Below, in pieces: positions 28,541 through 40,780 of a DNA stretch of 64,000 nt. The translations under genes were made by a program, and so were the position numbers. Numbering within the stretch: the first letter of the stretch is position 1; each line of letters begins with the position of its first letter. Below the pieces are notes generated by a model. That model had not been told where the DNA came from. It did no database searches and worked only from the letters and a program-made list of their open reading frames with translations. Source of the stretch: the human T2T-CHM13v2.0 reference genome, Homo sapiens; NCBI RefSeq assembly GCF_009914755.1, contig NC_060936.1; one strand, written 5' to 3'.

Positions 28541-29889
28541 GAATGCTGAAGCTTCTTTCTCAGCCTGTGGGGCAAGTGCCCCCAAGTCCCCCTAGAAGGG
28601 GTTGCGAGGAGACGTGGGATCCCTTCTCAGAGAAGGCCCGAGTTGAAGTGGAAGACCCAGATCAGAGGGGGTTTGGGCAGAGGCCTGGTGTGGCTGAGAT
28701 GATGGTGATGGCAGGGAGAAGGCCACAATCTGACAGGGCTGCCCACAGCAGGCCTCACTGCAAGATGGAGATAGGGCTTTTTTTGGTTTCACTTTCCATT
28801 TTGCAGGAAGCAAGTCACCTTGCACTTCAGCCTGTGGAGGTGAACCCAGGACTGTGATTCTGCCATTCGGAGCATTGGCTGACTGCAGAGTAAGACACAC
28901 GCTCAAGGAACTTAACTCTCTTGTTTGGGCAGAATGGAAACACTTTGAAATAATGGTTCAGGGAATTCCACCGGGGAAAGACAAAAGCAGGGTCAGAATG
29001 CAGAGGAGATGACATGCAAGCATGTGATCCCAAGGCAGTGGGCAGTACCTGAGACTCCCGAGAGGGAAATCTGCCCAGCCCAGGCAGGAAGGGCTGGAGG
29101 GAGGAGACAGCTCAGGAGGCCGATGGGGCTGGAAAGCAGCAACAGGAGAGGTGAGAAAGGCTCTCTGGGCAAGAGGCTGCAGGTCTCGGTGCCTGCCTGG
29201 CCTTCCATTCTAGGTGCTCATCTTTATGGCCCGGTCATGTGACCCAAATTGTTCTCTAGCTCCAAGAAAAAATTCTTTTTTTGTGGTCTTCGTTTTGTTG
29301 TTTTTTGTTTTGTTTCGTTTTGAAAAAAGCAATGCAGTCACTTGGGACTCAACACATGAAATGAGGTGGTGAAAGTGTGGAAATGGATTAAAAATAGAGC
29401 AGGAACATTGAATCAACAGGTGAAAGGGATCGTCCTATTCCCAGAAGAAATGGCCATTCTCTTATAATCGTCCATAGATTTCTCTGGGACACAGACCTAG
29501 CAGTGGGATTGCTGATTTACAGAGTATGTAAATGGCTTCACAGGAAATGCCATACTGCTCTCCAGGATGTGCAATTTACAGCAGTCCCAGCGGCAGTCTT
29601 CAGAGATCCCACTCCCCACATCCTCTCCAATGCTTGGTGGTAGCTTACTTCCCACTGGCTGCTCATCTGATGGATGGAAAGTGGCCTCTTGTTTTGTGTT
29701 GTGTGTCTTTGATCAATAGTGAGGTTAGCATCCCTTCATGCATTAGTTAGCCTCCTGTGAATTCATATCCTTTGGACGATTATAAGAGGATGCCCATTGC
29801 AGTATTGTTTGCAGTAGCAGAGAGCTTTGACAGACATACCCTTCACCAGGGGAATGGAGAAGTAATGATAACAATGTCAGCTAGGGTTT

Positions 29890-30088
29890 TTCTTTTTTGA
29901 GCACTTATGTGCAAAGGATTTCTCAATGCTCTTCAGATACATACATTCAAAATTCATTTAATCCTCGTAACCACCCTGCAGTGTAGATACTCCTACTGTC
30001 TCATTTTATATATCAGGAATCTGAGGCACTGAGCAGTTACGTAATTTGCTCAAGATCACACAGCTGGTAAGTGGCAGAGTGGGATACA
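29890..30088 (-). mobile_element. MIR
   Basis: TCATTTAATCCTC...CATTTTA...TGAGGCAC...AAGATCACACAGCT. Confidence 0.85.
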
Positions 30089-30141
30089 GTGGGGTGGACA
30101 TAGTGGAAGTTAGAAACCATGAACTAGATTTAGTGACAAGA

Positions 30142-30427
<286 letters not shown>

Positions 30428-31335
30428 TAGTGACAAGATTTTTAAAAGATTTCATGTTGCATGAAAAAGTGAGATGCATAGCCCAACATTACTCTTATAC
30501 GAGCACAGACATTCACAAAAAAACTGTTAGATGTTCTTCAGTGAAAAAACATTTGAGTGGGTCCCCATAGGCGGGAGCAGGAAGGGAGAATGAAAAGGAA
30601 CGTGAAGAGCCTTGGACACAACAATGAAATTATTTGTTGTGACCTGGAGAGGATGATGAGCTTTGTGAACTCGAGGTCTAGTCGTTAACAAGAAAGCACC
30701 ACCATTAAAACCCTTTAGGGACTGTTGAGAAATCCGGGGTAAGGTAGCCCAGACAGGAGAAGGCTGAAGCTGAGGTGCTCCAGAGAAACCCCTGCATTGA
30801 GCTCGTTTTTCTGAGGGCTACTAGGCACAAGCAAGAAAAGATAGTAGGAAAATGCAGATTTTGTCAATTCCCATTCACTTTGTAGTCTATCCACATGCAC
30901 AAAACTAAAAGCAGGCCACCGTTCTCCTTGCTATCTAAAAAAGGTTTCTGGGCCACCTTTCCTCATTGCTATTTCCTGAACATACTAATTTTAACATAAC
31001 CCTAAGCAACATGAAATTAGGGAGCAAGAGCTATTTAAACACACACCATAAAATGGCACAGCGTCCAGATCCCCTACAGATTCATCAGTGTCTTTTCCCT
31101 CTCACAATGGGACATGGCTGACAGAGGAAGTTACAGAAGGAGCTCCCCAGAAAATGGAGCTGATGACAGGGCTGTTTTCAAACACTGGTGCCAAGGGCAG
31201 GTGTTCCGTGTGTGTTGGGGGTTGGTGGGTGTGTGTTGGAGGGGAGATGGTGAACATGAATGAAGCCCCATCTTTTTTTTTTTTTTAAACTCAGATTCCA
31301 GCTGGGACTCTCACAGGGTGCAAGAGTTTACATGA

Positions 31336-31794
<459 letters not shown>

Positions 31795-32027
31795 TGCTTT
31801 GCTCTTTACACGCTGCAGAAAGGGCGTTGAGCTGGTGAGTTGAAGGGTTTCTAGTCTTGGCTCTGCCTGTTCCCAGCTGTTTGAGTCTCTCTGCATATCA
31901 GACAGGGATAATTAGACCACCTTGCCTCCTTCTCAAGGGAAAGGGGAAGAGGTTCATGCAGTTCATCCTGCAGAAATGCTTTCAAAACTGCCAAGTGCCA
32001 TATGGCTGTAGAAATGACAACGTCATG

Positions 32028-32345
32028 TTTTTTTTTTTCTTCTTTTTTTTTCTTTTTTTTTTTTTGAGAGGGAGTCTCCCTTTGTCACCCAGGCTGGAGT
32101 GCAGTGGCGCAGTGTTGGCTCACTGCAAGCTCCGCCTCCCGGGTTCATGCCATTCTCCTGCCTCAGCCTCCTGAGTAGCTGGGACTACAGGCACCTGCCA
32201 CCACACCCAGCTAATTTTTGTATTTTTAGCAGACACAGGGTTTCACCATCTTAGCCAGGATGGTCTCGATCTCCTGACCTCATGACCCACCGGCCTCGGC
32301 CTCCCAGAGTGCTGGGATTACAGGCGCGAGCCACCACGCCCGGCC
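32028..32345 (-). mobile_element. AluY
   Basis: AluY diagnostics GCAAGCTCCGCC, GCCATTCTCC, TTAGCCAGGATGGTCTCGATC; TSD aacgtc(a/g)tgt. Confidence 0.95.
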
Positions 32346-32879
32346 AACGTCGTGTGTTTTGAACCCCACCTTCTCTGAACCGCTCAGGCTTGTGGGTCCT
32401 TTCCTAGTCCTAGGATGGCGAATTAAGCTTGATATATTTCATCTATAGGATACCGAGGGATTGGTCCCTGATGACACCCCGTGTCCGCAAGGAAACTGAG
32501 GCTTGATGTCCAATTTATTCCTCCTCAGGAGGGGTGATTTTAGCGGGCAAGGGGAGATGGTATGTGTTCAGGATGGAGAGTTCACACCTGTGGTGAGGTT
32601 GGGCAAAGGCTTGGCTCTGGTTGCCCTGTGACTTTGAGTGAAGGTTATTGGGTGCCTCAGGCCCTGCTTACCTGCTTATAAAAAAGTCAAGTCGTCCCCT
32701 CCCGTTTGTGACCTTGTGAGGATGGTTAGGATCCAATCACACACTAAGTTCGTGTCAGTCCTGGAGAAATATTTAGTTTTTCCTGTTGCATAGCTCCGTC
32801 ACCTTCGTTTTTGACACTCACTTGCTTTTCAAACCTCTTAATACAGTTACCACAGACACAGTGAGTGACTTTCAAGTTC

Positions 32880-32930
32880 ATGCCTTTGAAAGGCAAAAGC
32901 TCCTCATCTTTTCAGCACCAGCAGCCCCAG
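32880..32930 (+). other. Candidate short exon ending at a strong donor (CAG|GTAAGC); could encode MPLKGKSSSSFQHQQPQ, or be a 15-nt microexon 32916-32930
   Basis: Near-consensus donor at 32931; in-frame ATG at 32880; possible acceptor CTCATCTTTTCAG ending 32915; no homology recognised. Confidence 0.25.
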
Positions 32931-33053
32931 GTAAGCCAGGGGCTGAGCTACTGTGATAAAATTCTGGTTTTATCCCTCAGAACCCAGGTAGCTGCTTTCT
33001 TTCTTTCTTTTTTCTTTTTTTTTATGAGCTGCTATTGTCAGCGTGCAGAAGAT

Positions 33054-33182
33054 CTCTATTAATAGAGTAAAGATTTCATGCCACCAGTAATTTTTCTAAG
33101 AGGAGGCAGGAATGCGGCCGACTGGGCTCCACTGTCCCCTTTTGCGTTGAGAAGTTTCAGCTGGGTGCATGGCCATAATTGG
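33054..33182. promoter_or_regulatory. Candidate muscle-type enhancer or promoter module (MEF2, TEAD, E-box, CArG)
   Basis: CTATTAATAG 33056-65, GGAATGC 33109-15, CAGCTG 33158-63, CCATAATTGG 33173-82, all in non-repeat sequence. Confidence 0.6.
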
Positions 33183-33884
33183 GTTACGGGGCTGCTAATA
33201 TGATTGTGCTGCCTGGAAATGCAAAAGCCATGAGTCGGTTAAACATCAAGGTGAAGTTATTTCCAGCGGATCGATTGCAGCATCTCCCCGACAGCATGGA
33301 GGCCTGGGTGATGGGAGAAACGGATCCAGCAGGCAAGGCTGCGATTTCTCTCTACTGATGCTGTGGCCTCTGTGGCAGGGCAAGCACAGGCTCTGCATTC
33401 CTGCTTCTGGGCAGCCTGCCCAGCTGGTGGGGTGTCCCAGTGGATGGCGAGAGTTTGGTAGGTTCAATTTGATTCAGTTTGGCAAACATTTACTCACCTT
33501 CTACTGTGTCCAAAGTACACAAAATAAGGGTCCTCTTTTACCTTTTAAGTCACGAAAATGAAATATTCCAGTTCTGACAATTCAAATGACAGCTGGAAGG
33601 CCACCCCTTACCCCTTCAACCCCACCCTCCTGGGGTATCCAACACTGAGTTTGCACTGTAGGCTTCCACAAGTTTTTGATGCTTCTAGAAACTTATCACA
33701 TACACAGGGCTTTTTATAAAAGAAAAATATATATTTATATATATCTTCTGCAACTTCATTTTTCCCCCTCAACCATATGACATAGAAAGTTTCTAGGTTA
33801 ATACAAGTAAATCTAGCTGATTTATTTATAATAGCTACATACAGTTACATAGTATGGGTATTGTACAATTTAGTTTTATATATT

Positions 33885-34100
33885 TTATTTTATTTTAAAC
33901 TTTTATTTTAGGCTCAGGGGTACATGTGCAGGTTTGTTATATAGGTACATTGTGCGTCCTAGGGGTTTGGTGTACAGATCACTTTATCCCCCGGGTAAAA
34001 AGCATAGTGCTCGATAAGCAGTTTTTGAATCCTCATCGTCCTCCCACCCTCTACCCTCAAGTAGGCCTCAGTGTCTGTTCCCTTCTTTGTGTCCATGTGG
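33885..34100 (-). mobile_element. L1PA (older, L1PA13-16-like) 3' fragment
   Basis: TCAGGGGTACATGTGCAGGTTTGTTATATAGG, an L1 3' UTR signature. Confidence 0.85.
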
Positions 34101-34189
34101 GTATCTTAAAATTTATGTAATCATTCCCTTTCTGGTGTGCATTCAGGCTATATATATATATATATATATTGCATTCAGCTACTCTTTCT

Positions 34190-34440
34190 GGGAGTGTAGT
34201 ATACCTAACACGGGGGCTTTTGGTGTAGGCAGACCTGGGCCTGAATCCCAGCTTGACCACTGACTGTGTGACCTTAGGGATGTTCTCTAAGGTCGTCTAG
34301 CCTCAAGGCCTTCGACTGCAAAATGAGAGCAGCAGACAGCTCACGGTGTCACATGCGGTGATGGAATGAGGTGATGTACAGTGTGTGCTTCTAACGCAGG
34401 GCCTGACACACGGCGAGGGCCCAGTTAGCTCGAGCAGTAA
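34190..34440 (+). mobile_element. MIR
   Basis: CAGACCTGGGCCTGAATCCCAGC...TGTGTGACCTTAGG. Confidence 0.75.
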
Positions 34441-36696
34441 CTTGGGGTTTGGGAGTCTTCATCTTGCCAGAATTCTCACTGCTGTAATTGAAGAACAGGA
34501 CTCTTATGGGGTCTGGGGTCCCAAGGAGGAAGTCCTTGGAGAAATGCAGATCCAGCTTGCCCTGAGTCTACGATTCCTGCAGAAAAAGGCACAGCCACCT
34601 CCGAGTGGGGAGCCTGGGGAAGTCCTGGGCAGCCTCAGAGCCTCCTGCTTCTGCTCTGTGAGCTGCCAGCGCATCTGTGAGGCATCTGGCTTATCCTAGA
34701 TGGGGGCATTGTGTTCAGAGAGGTGGAGGGAGGCTGCTCTGGTGGAGAGGGTCTTATGCAAGGTCCTCCTGCAAGGACCGTCTCCCGTTTAGTCATTCGC
34801 GGTTTCAGGGACCCTGCTGTCGCCCATGTGGCTGGTGGGCTGCAGCCACTGCCACAACCTGTGTGAAGTGACCAGAGCCACTGGCAGTTCTCCTTAGGGC
34901 ACGTGGGGTCGGGCCGTCAGCCTTGACAGCTTGCTGCCCTCCAGGGCAGAGTGTTCTTCTCATGACACCTGCTTTCATGGGCAGCTTCCCTTCCCGCCAT
35001 GATATCAACAAGGTCTTTTGATAGAGCCTCTTCGTCCTAGGGTCCAGAAGTGGGGCGGGTAGTCCCAATGTCTTCTGTTTCTCCCACGAGGCCTCAGAGC
35101 CACCAGACAAATGCACTGATGACAAATTCCTTTGCTATCCCAGCAATCCTGGGTGTTTATGTGGATTAGGACCCCTCCGTCCATTTGCACAGGTTTACTT
35201 ATCTATGCACTCAGAACTTTCTAGGTCAGTAGTTCGAATAGTGACCCAGACTGACTTCAGTCACTGGTTAGCAGTGAAATGAGAAAAATAAGAACAGAGT
35301 GGTGAGTTTCATAGAGCTAAGTATATTCTATTTATGGGGATGTTCTTTGCCCTTTGGGATTCAGGGATTACTTTCTTGGCATTAAATGTCCTTTTAAAAT
35401 TGATGGTCATTTCTTTTTATTTTTTCTTTCCTTTTTTACAAGGGAAACATTTAACTTTCAACAATATTTTAATTTCTGTGATTTTCTGTTCAAGAACACT
35501 GTCCACATTTCCACTGGATGTTAAAGTTTTTCACATAGATTTGCAAGATGTATTTTAAAAACATTAACCCCTAAGGAAAATATTTGCAAGAAAATCACAG
35601 TTGGCCACATGCCAGTTAATTTTATGTATCATGCATACCTTTGGATGTGTAGTTTACATTTCATTTATATTTTTTGTGACCTAGATAATAAAAGCAGTAA
35701 AAATAAATCTAACTCTGTTCTATATTTTATCTCAACTTTGTATGACTTGTTTTCACTTAAACTTGAATAAGTCTTGAATTCATTGGCTCCCTCCACCCAC
35801 CTGTTTTAATGTTCTTATTTGCACAGATGACACTATTCTAGGTGGTCTCTTTCTCTCCCTGTCTCTCCTGGGTACCGGTGGTCTCAACAGAATGGGCTGT
35901 CAGTCATGTTACACCTTGGGAAAGCTTGAGAGATGTCACTGAGACACCTGGCTCTATTGTCTATTGTTCTGTAACCGTTAAAAACAAACTAAACAAACGT
36001 ATTTTTAAATGACTCCCTTATTTCTCTGAAACCTCACCCTCTCCCTTTCTCAGCTTACATCCCAGTGACTTTCCTGATGGACTCAGCAGCAGAAAAACTC
36101 CTTTGCTAGCTCACTGTTACAGTGTTCACTATACAATGTACACTTTTCAAGAGTCAGGAGTTCAATGTTATAACTTCCATTCACAGCAACTGCTGTTGTT
36201 ACTATTTGACTCAGAGGGGTTCACATGAGAAACAAAGGTGGGGGTGTCTCTAGGGGGCTCAACTTTAACCTAACGGGGACCACAGAGTGCCTGTATTGTC
36301 TTTGCTGTGGATAAATTTGTTCTCATCCACCCATTTGCTCTACTGTGTGTGAAACTGTTGTCTTAATTTTGGAGGATTTATTGTTTTCAGTGAGAATTAG
36401 GGGTTTCAAACAGGGCCAGAAATGGAGAGGGCGGTCGTGGCAGAAGTATGAGTCGGGCACCACGGTAGTGTGGAGAGAGCACTGGGTGTTAGGACCTCGG
36501 GCTCCAATCCTGACTGTAATCTTTAATTACGGGAACTGGAGCAGGCTGCCACTTCTCTGTGCGTCATCTTTCTGCATCTGGAAAACAAATATAATGGTCT
36601 TTACATGGGGGTCCCCACACAGACCATTAAGGTGCAAAATGAAGATATTAGACCTTGATAATTGATGATTATATTATCTTTTAAAAAACCTATCTA

Positions 36697-37015
<319 letters not shown>

Positions 37016-38329
37016 CCTATTTAGATAGTGACTGGTCACTATCCTTTCCCCAGTAACATACATGTGATGTCAGACAGTCACATCACAGCTATGTTACTGG
37101 GGAAAGGAGGAGGTTCATTATACAAAGGTGTGTACAGTGGCCTCCTGACTAGTTTGTTAGCTTTCATATTGCAGTGTTCCACAATCTGCCAATGCTCCAT
37201 TACATTGTATTATTTAGTTTGAACCAAAGAAACTCTCAAGAAGTGAATGAGTGCTCTAAAGATTCCTGCAAAGAAATGGGGAGGTTGAAGAACAGTAATT
37301 ATACCAGGACAAGAAAACAGCAAGAAAATGGCAGAATCAACCCTCCTTCTGTGCCTGGAATAATCTTTCCATCAGTGTCATCATGAGCTAAAAACAATGA
37401 CGATCTAATTGGATCAGACAAGAACTTGCCTTAAACCCCCCAATTCTCTAAAGATAGGGATTTACTTCCTCTTGTTAACAATACTCTTTGTTCGGTGTGC
37501 CAATTGCGCCCTTGTGAGTTATCTTTTTCAGCTCTGACAATCATTATTAGCAAGCATGAACATAAATGGAACTTTTGAATTGATTATCAAAAGTTTGATA
37601 TATGGGATATTTGAATTGATGTATCTCAAAGTATGTATCCAGCATGTAAAAAATGATGCAAATTCTACCACATTGCTCTCACAAATAATATGATTACAGA
37701 TAATATTTTAACGAGGGCAGACATTTTTATATAATTAATCACTACAGTTATGTATTAAGAACTTTTTTTTACTTTTGTAGCATCTCTTTAAAAGTATTTT
37801 GTTTGTTTCATAATGAATGTATTAGTAAGTACATACAGAAAAACCAAGGTCTTTTCATTCTTTCTGAGAGAGTGGGGAAGACATATTTCTGATGAAATAA
37901 ACAACTCACGTTTCCTCAACGCTGCCAGGGCTCCCCTTTTCCAGAGGAGCCAACCTCCCCTTCCTTTGCACTTGCTGTTCCTTCTGTTTCCAAAATGCCT
38001 TTGCTTACTGCCCGCGTGGCCATCACAAGGCCACCTGTAACCTTTGGGCCTCATACCCTGTGTCTCCCCAGTGCCCAGGAAAGGCCTGGCACACAGAGGG
38101 TGCTCCGTGCTCCACATGCCTGCAGAGGAATTCATGAGGGAATTAATGATGAGGGACAAAGCCAGCACTGGCCATCCCTGAGGAGTCACTCACAAAGCAC
38201 TGCTGACGCAGCAGATGGTTCCATTAGGAGAGTTCAGAACTCCTGTGGATGTCGAATATTCATGCAATGTAATTGGGAATATTTAACAAATGTTTAGCTT
38301 TGGGTGACCACATGCCATTCCCCAAAATT

Positions 38330-38880
38330 CACCCTTAAACTACAAAGAGGACCTAAAAATTGTTTGAAAAATACAATTCTCTAATGGAGATCATTTTCTG
38401 TAATGACATTTCAGTACATTTAGAAACAGGTAACAGAAATTGAAGTAAAAACAGCAACTGTGGAAATCACAAACCTCCCGTCAATAAACTCTGGATCAGA
38501 GAATCATCAGAACCCAAACCGAACAACTATCCAGAAAATACTAACCATGAAAACACAACACATCCAAACTCATAGCAAATGCTATTCAAAGAGGAAAATG
38601 CATAGCACCGAATTCTTAACATAACTAAAAATGAAAGTGTGAAAACGGATTGGGCAACTCAGCATCAAGCTAAAAAAGCTAGAAATGGGACAAAAAGTAA
38701 CTCAAGGAAAGCAGAACAACGGAAGTAATATTGGAACAAGATGTTTTGCAACTCAGAAAATCCAAAGGCTTGATAAAGTCAAAGAGCTAACGATAGGGTG
38801 GCTGTTATTTTTTCTTTTGAACCGAAAAAACAGAAATACAAGATTGAAAATGAGAAAGAATAAAAAAAAAACAAAGGCAT
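38330..38880 (+). mobile_element. Old L1 (L1M) ORF2 fragment
   Basis: A-rich degenerate L1-like sequence (GCTATTCAAAGAGGAAAATGCATAGC). Confidence 0.55.
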
Positions 38881-39194
38881 GAAGGACAATGACTTTTCAG
38901 AGGCTGCCTCCCAGAACTCTGTGTAGGGAGGCAGAGAAAAGGGGAGCTGGCTGGGGCAGCTCTGCCTGGGCTCTTGGTGACATCTTTCCTGATCTGTCAC
39001 CCCATGTGAACAGCCCAGTCCCTCCTGGTGCGGCTGCCTGTTCTCCTGGGATGGGAAACAGAAGCTTCCCATCTATGCTGCAAAGAGAATGGGGTACCAG
39101 GGCTTGGCCTGGAACGGGTATGAGGCTAGGGAGCCCAGGCCAGGGCCACCGCTTGGATGCATTTCCTAAACTAGGTGATGGCCTTATTTGTATA

Positions 39195-39479
<285 letters not shown>

Positions 39480-39809
39480 TTATTTGTACTTTTCTATGTC
39501 CATATCTATTAAGAAAGATAATTTTTAAAAAAGTAAAATGATAGATTCTGAATCTAAAGTCCCCTATAGGTCATTTTTTAAATGGAGGGACTTTCTTTCT
39601 GGAATTAACACCTATGTGTTTGTGGGATGAATGGATGAATGAATGAGTGATCCTAAGACAACGCTATTGTCTACTGCCCTTGAGGATGACATCTCACACT
39701 GTGGATGCTGCCGATGTTTTTCCCAGTGGAACTTAACACCCCAGTGAAAAAGCCACAGTTCCTGGCAGGTGTTATGGATCCAGTGATAGCATTAAACTTT
39801 ATAAGCTAT

Positions 39810-40780
39810 TAATAACCAAATTCACTATGTCCAAAAACAGAGTTCTTAATGACGGTGCCTCCCCCATCCCCCAAACCGGCTTTGTCTCTCCCCTCCACCC
39901 GATTAATGGCCCCACCATTTGCCCAGTGTTGCTTAAGCCAAAACCTTAGAGGTTCATCCTTGATTCCCTTCTCCTGTCTAACTCACATCCAATTCACCAT
40001 AAAGTCTTGCCAAGAGACCTCTAAAGCATTTTCCGAATGGATACACTTCCCTCCCTTTCCACTACGTCCAGCCTGGCCAAAGCCACCATCATTTCCTGCC
40101 TGGAGCACTACAACAGCCTCCTACTCAGTCTTCATGCCTGTGCTCTCTCCCCCTTCAGATGTTCTCCTTAGACCAGCTGGAGTTATCTTTATGAAGTAAA
40201 TCGATCACATCATCCTCCTGGTTTAAACCTTCCAAGGCTTGTCAATCAGATTTGCAATGAAATTGAGACCCCTCTCCCTAGAGGCTGCACAGGCCTGGAC
40301 CCTGCCAACCTTATCAGCACCTGGCCTTGCCAACCACCTCCAACCCCTGGACCCCATATGGTTCAGCCACGATTGCTTTTGTGTCTGTCCCCCAAGTTTG
40401 TTCCTGCCTTAGAGACTTGCATTAGCTCTCTCTCCTGTAATCCATGCCCCTCAAAAGACAAGGCATTTCTTTCGTCTGAGTTCGGCCTAAACATCATTGC
40501 TTTAAACTCGATGTAAGGCTCTCCCTGCCATTCACTCTATCACATCTCCCTGTTATATTTTCATTATATTATGTACAACACCATCTAAAAGTCTTCATGC
40601 ATTTCTGTATATGTATAGAAATGGCCAGTGATGAGAGGTTCATTGTCCTATCTCCTCTTAGCCCAGAACCCAGACAAGGACTTGGGTTAATTTCCTTTCT
40701 CATCAGATGTGCTGTGGAGCTTTTTCCAGCGGTTCTGGATCAAGAAAAGTCCTCGTCCCAGATGCTTAGTAAACACTCCT
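39810..40780 (+). mobile_element. L2 fragment(s)
   Basis: AAGCCAAAACCTTAGAG...TCCTTGATTCC...CACATCCAATTCACCA; GCCACCATCATTTCCTGCCTGG. Confidence 0.8.
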
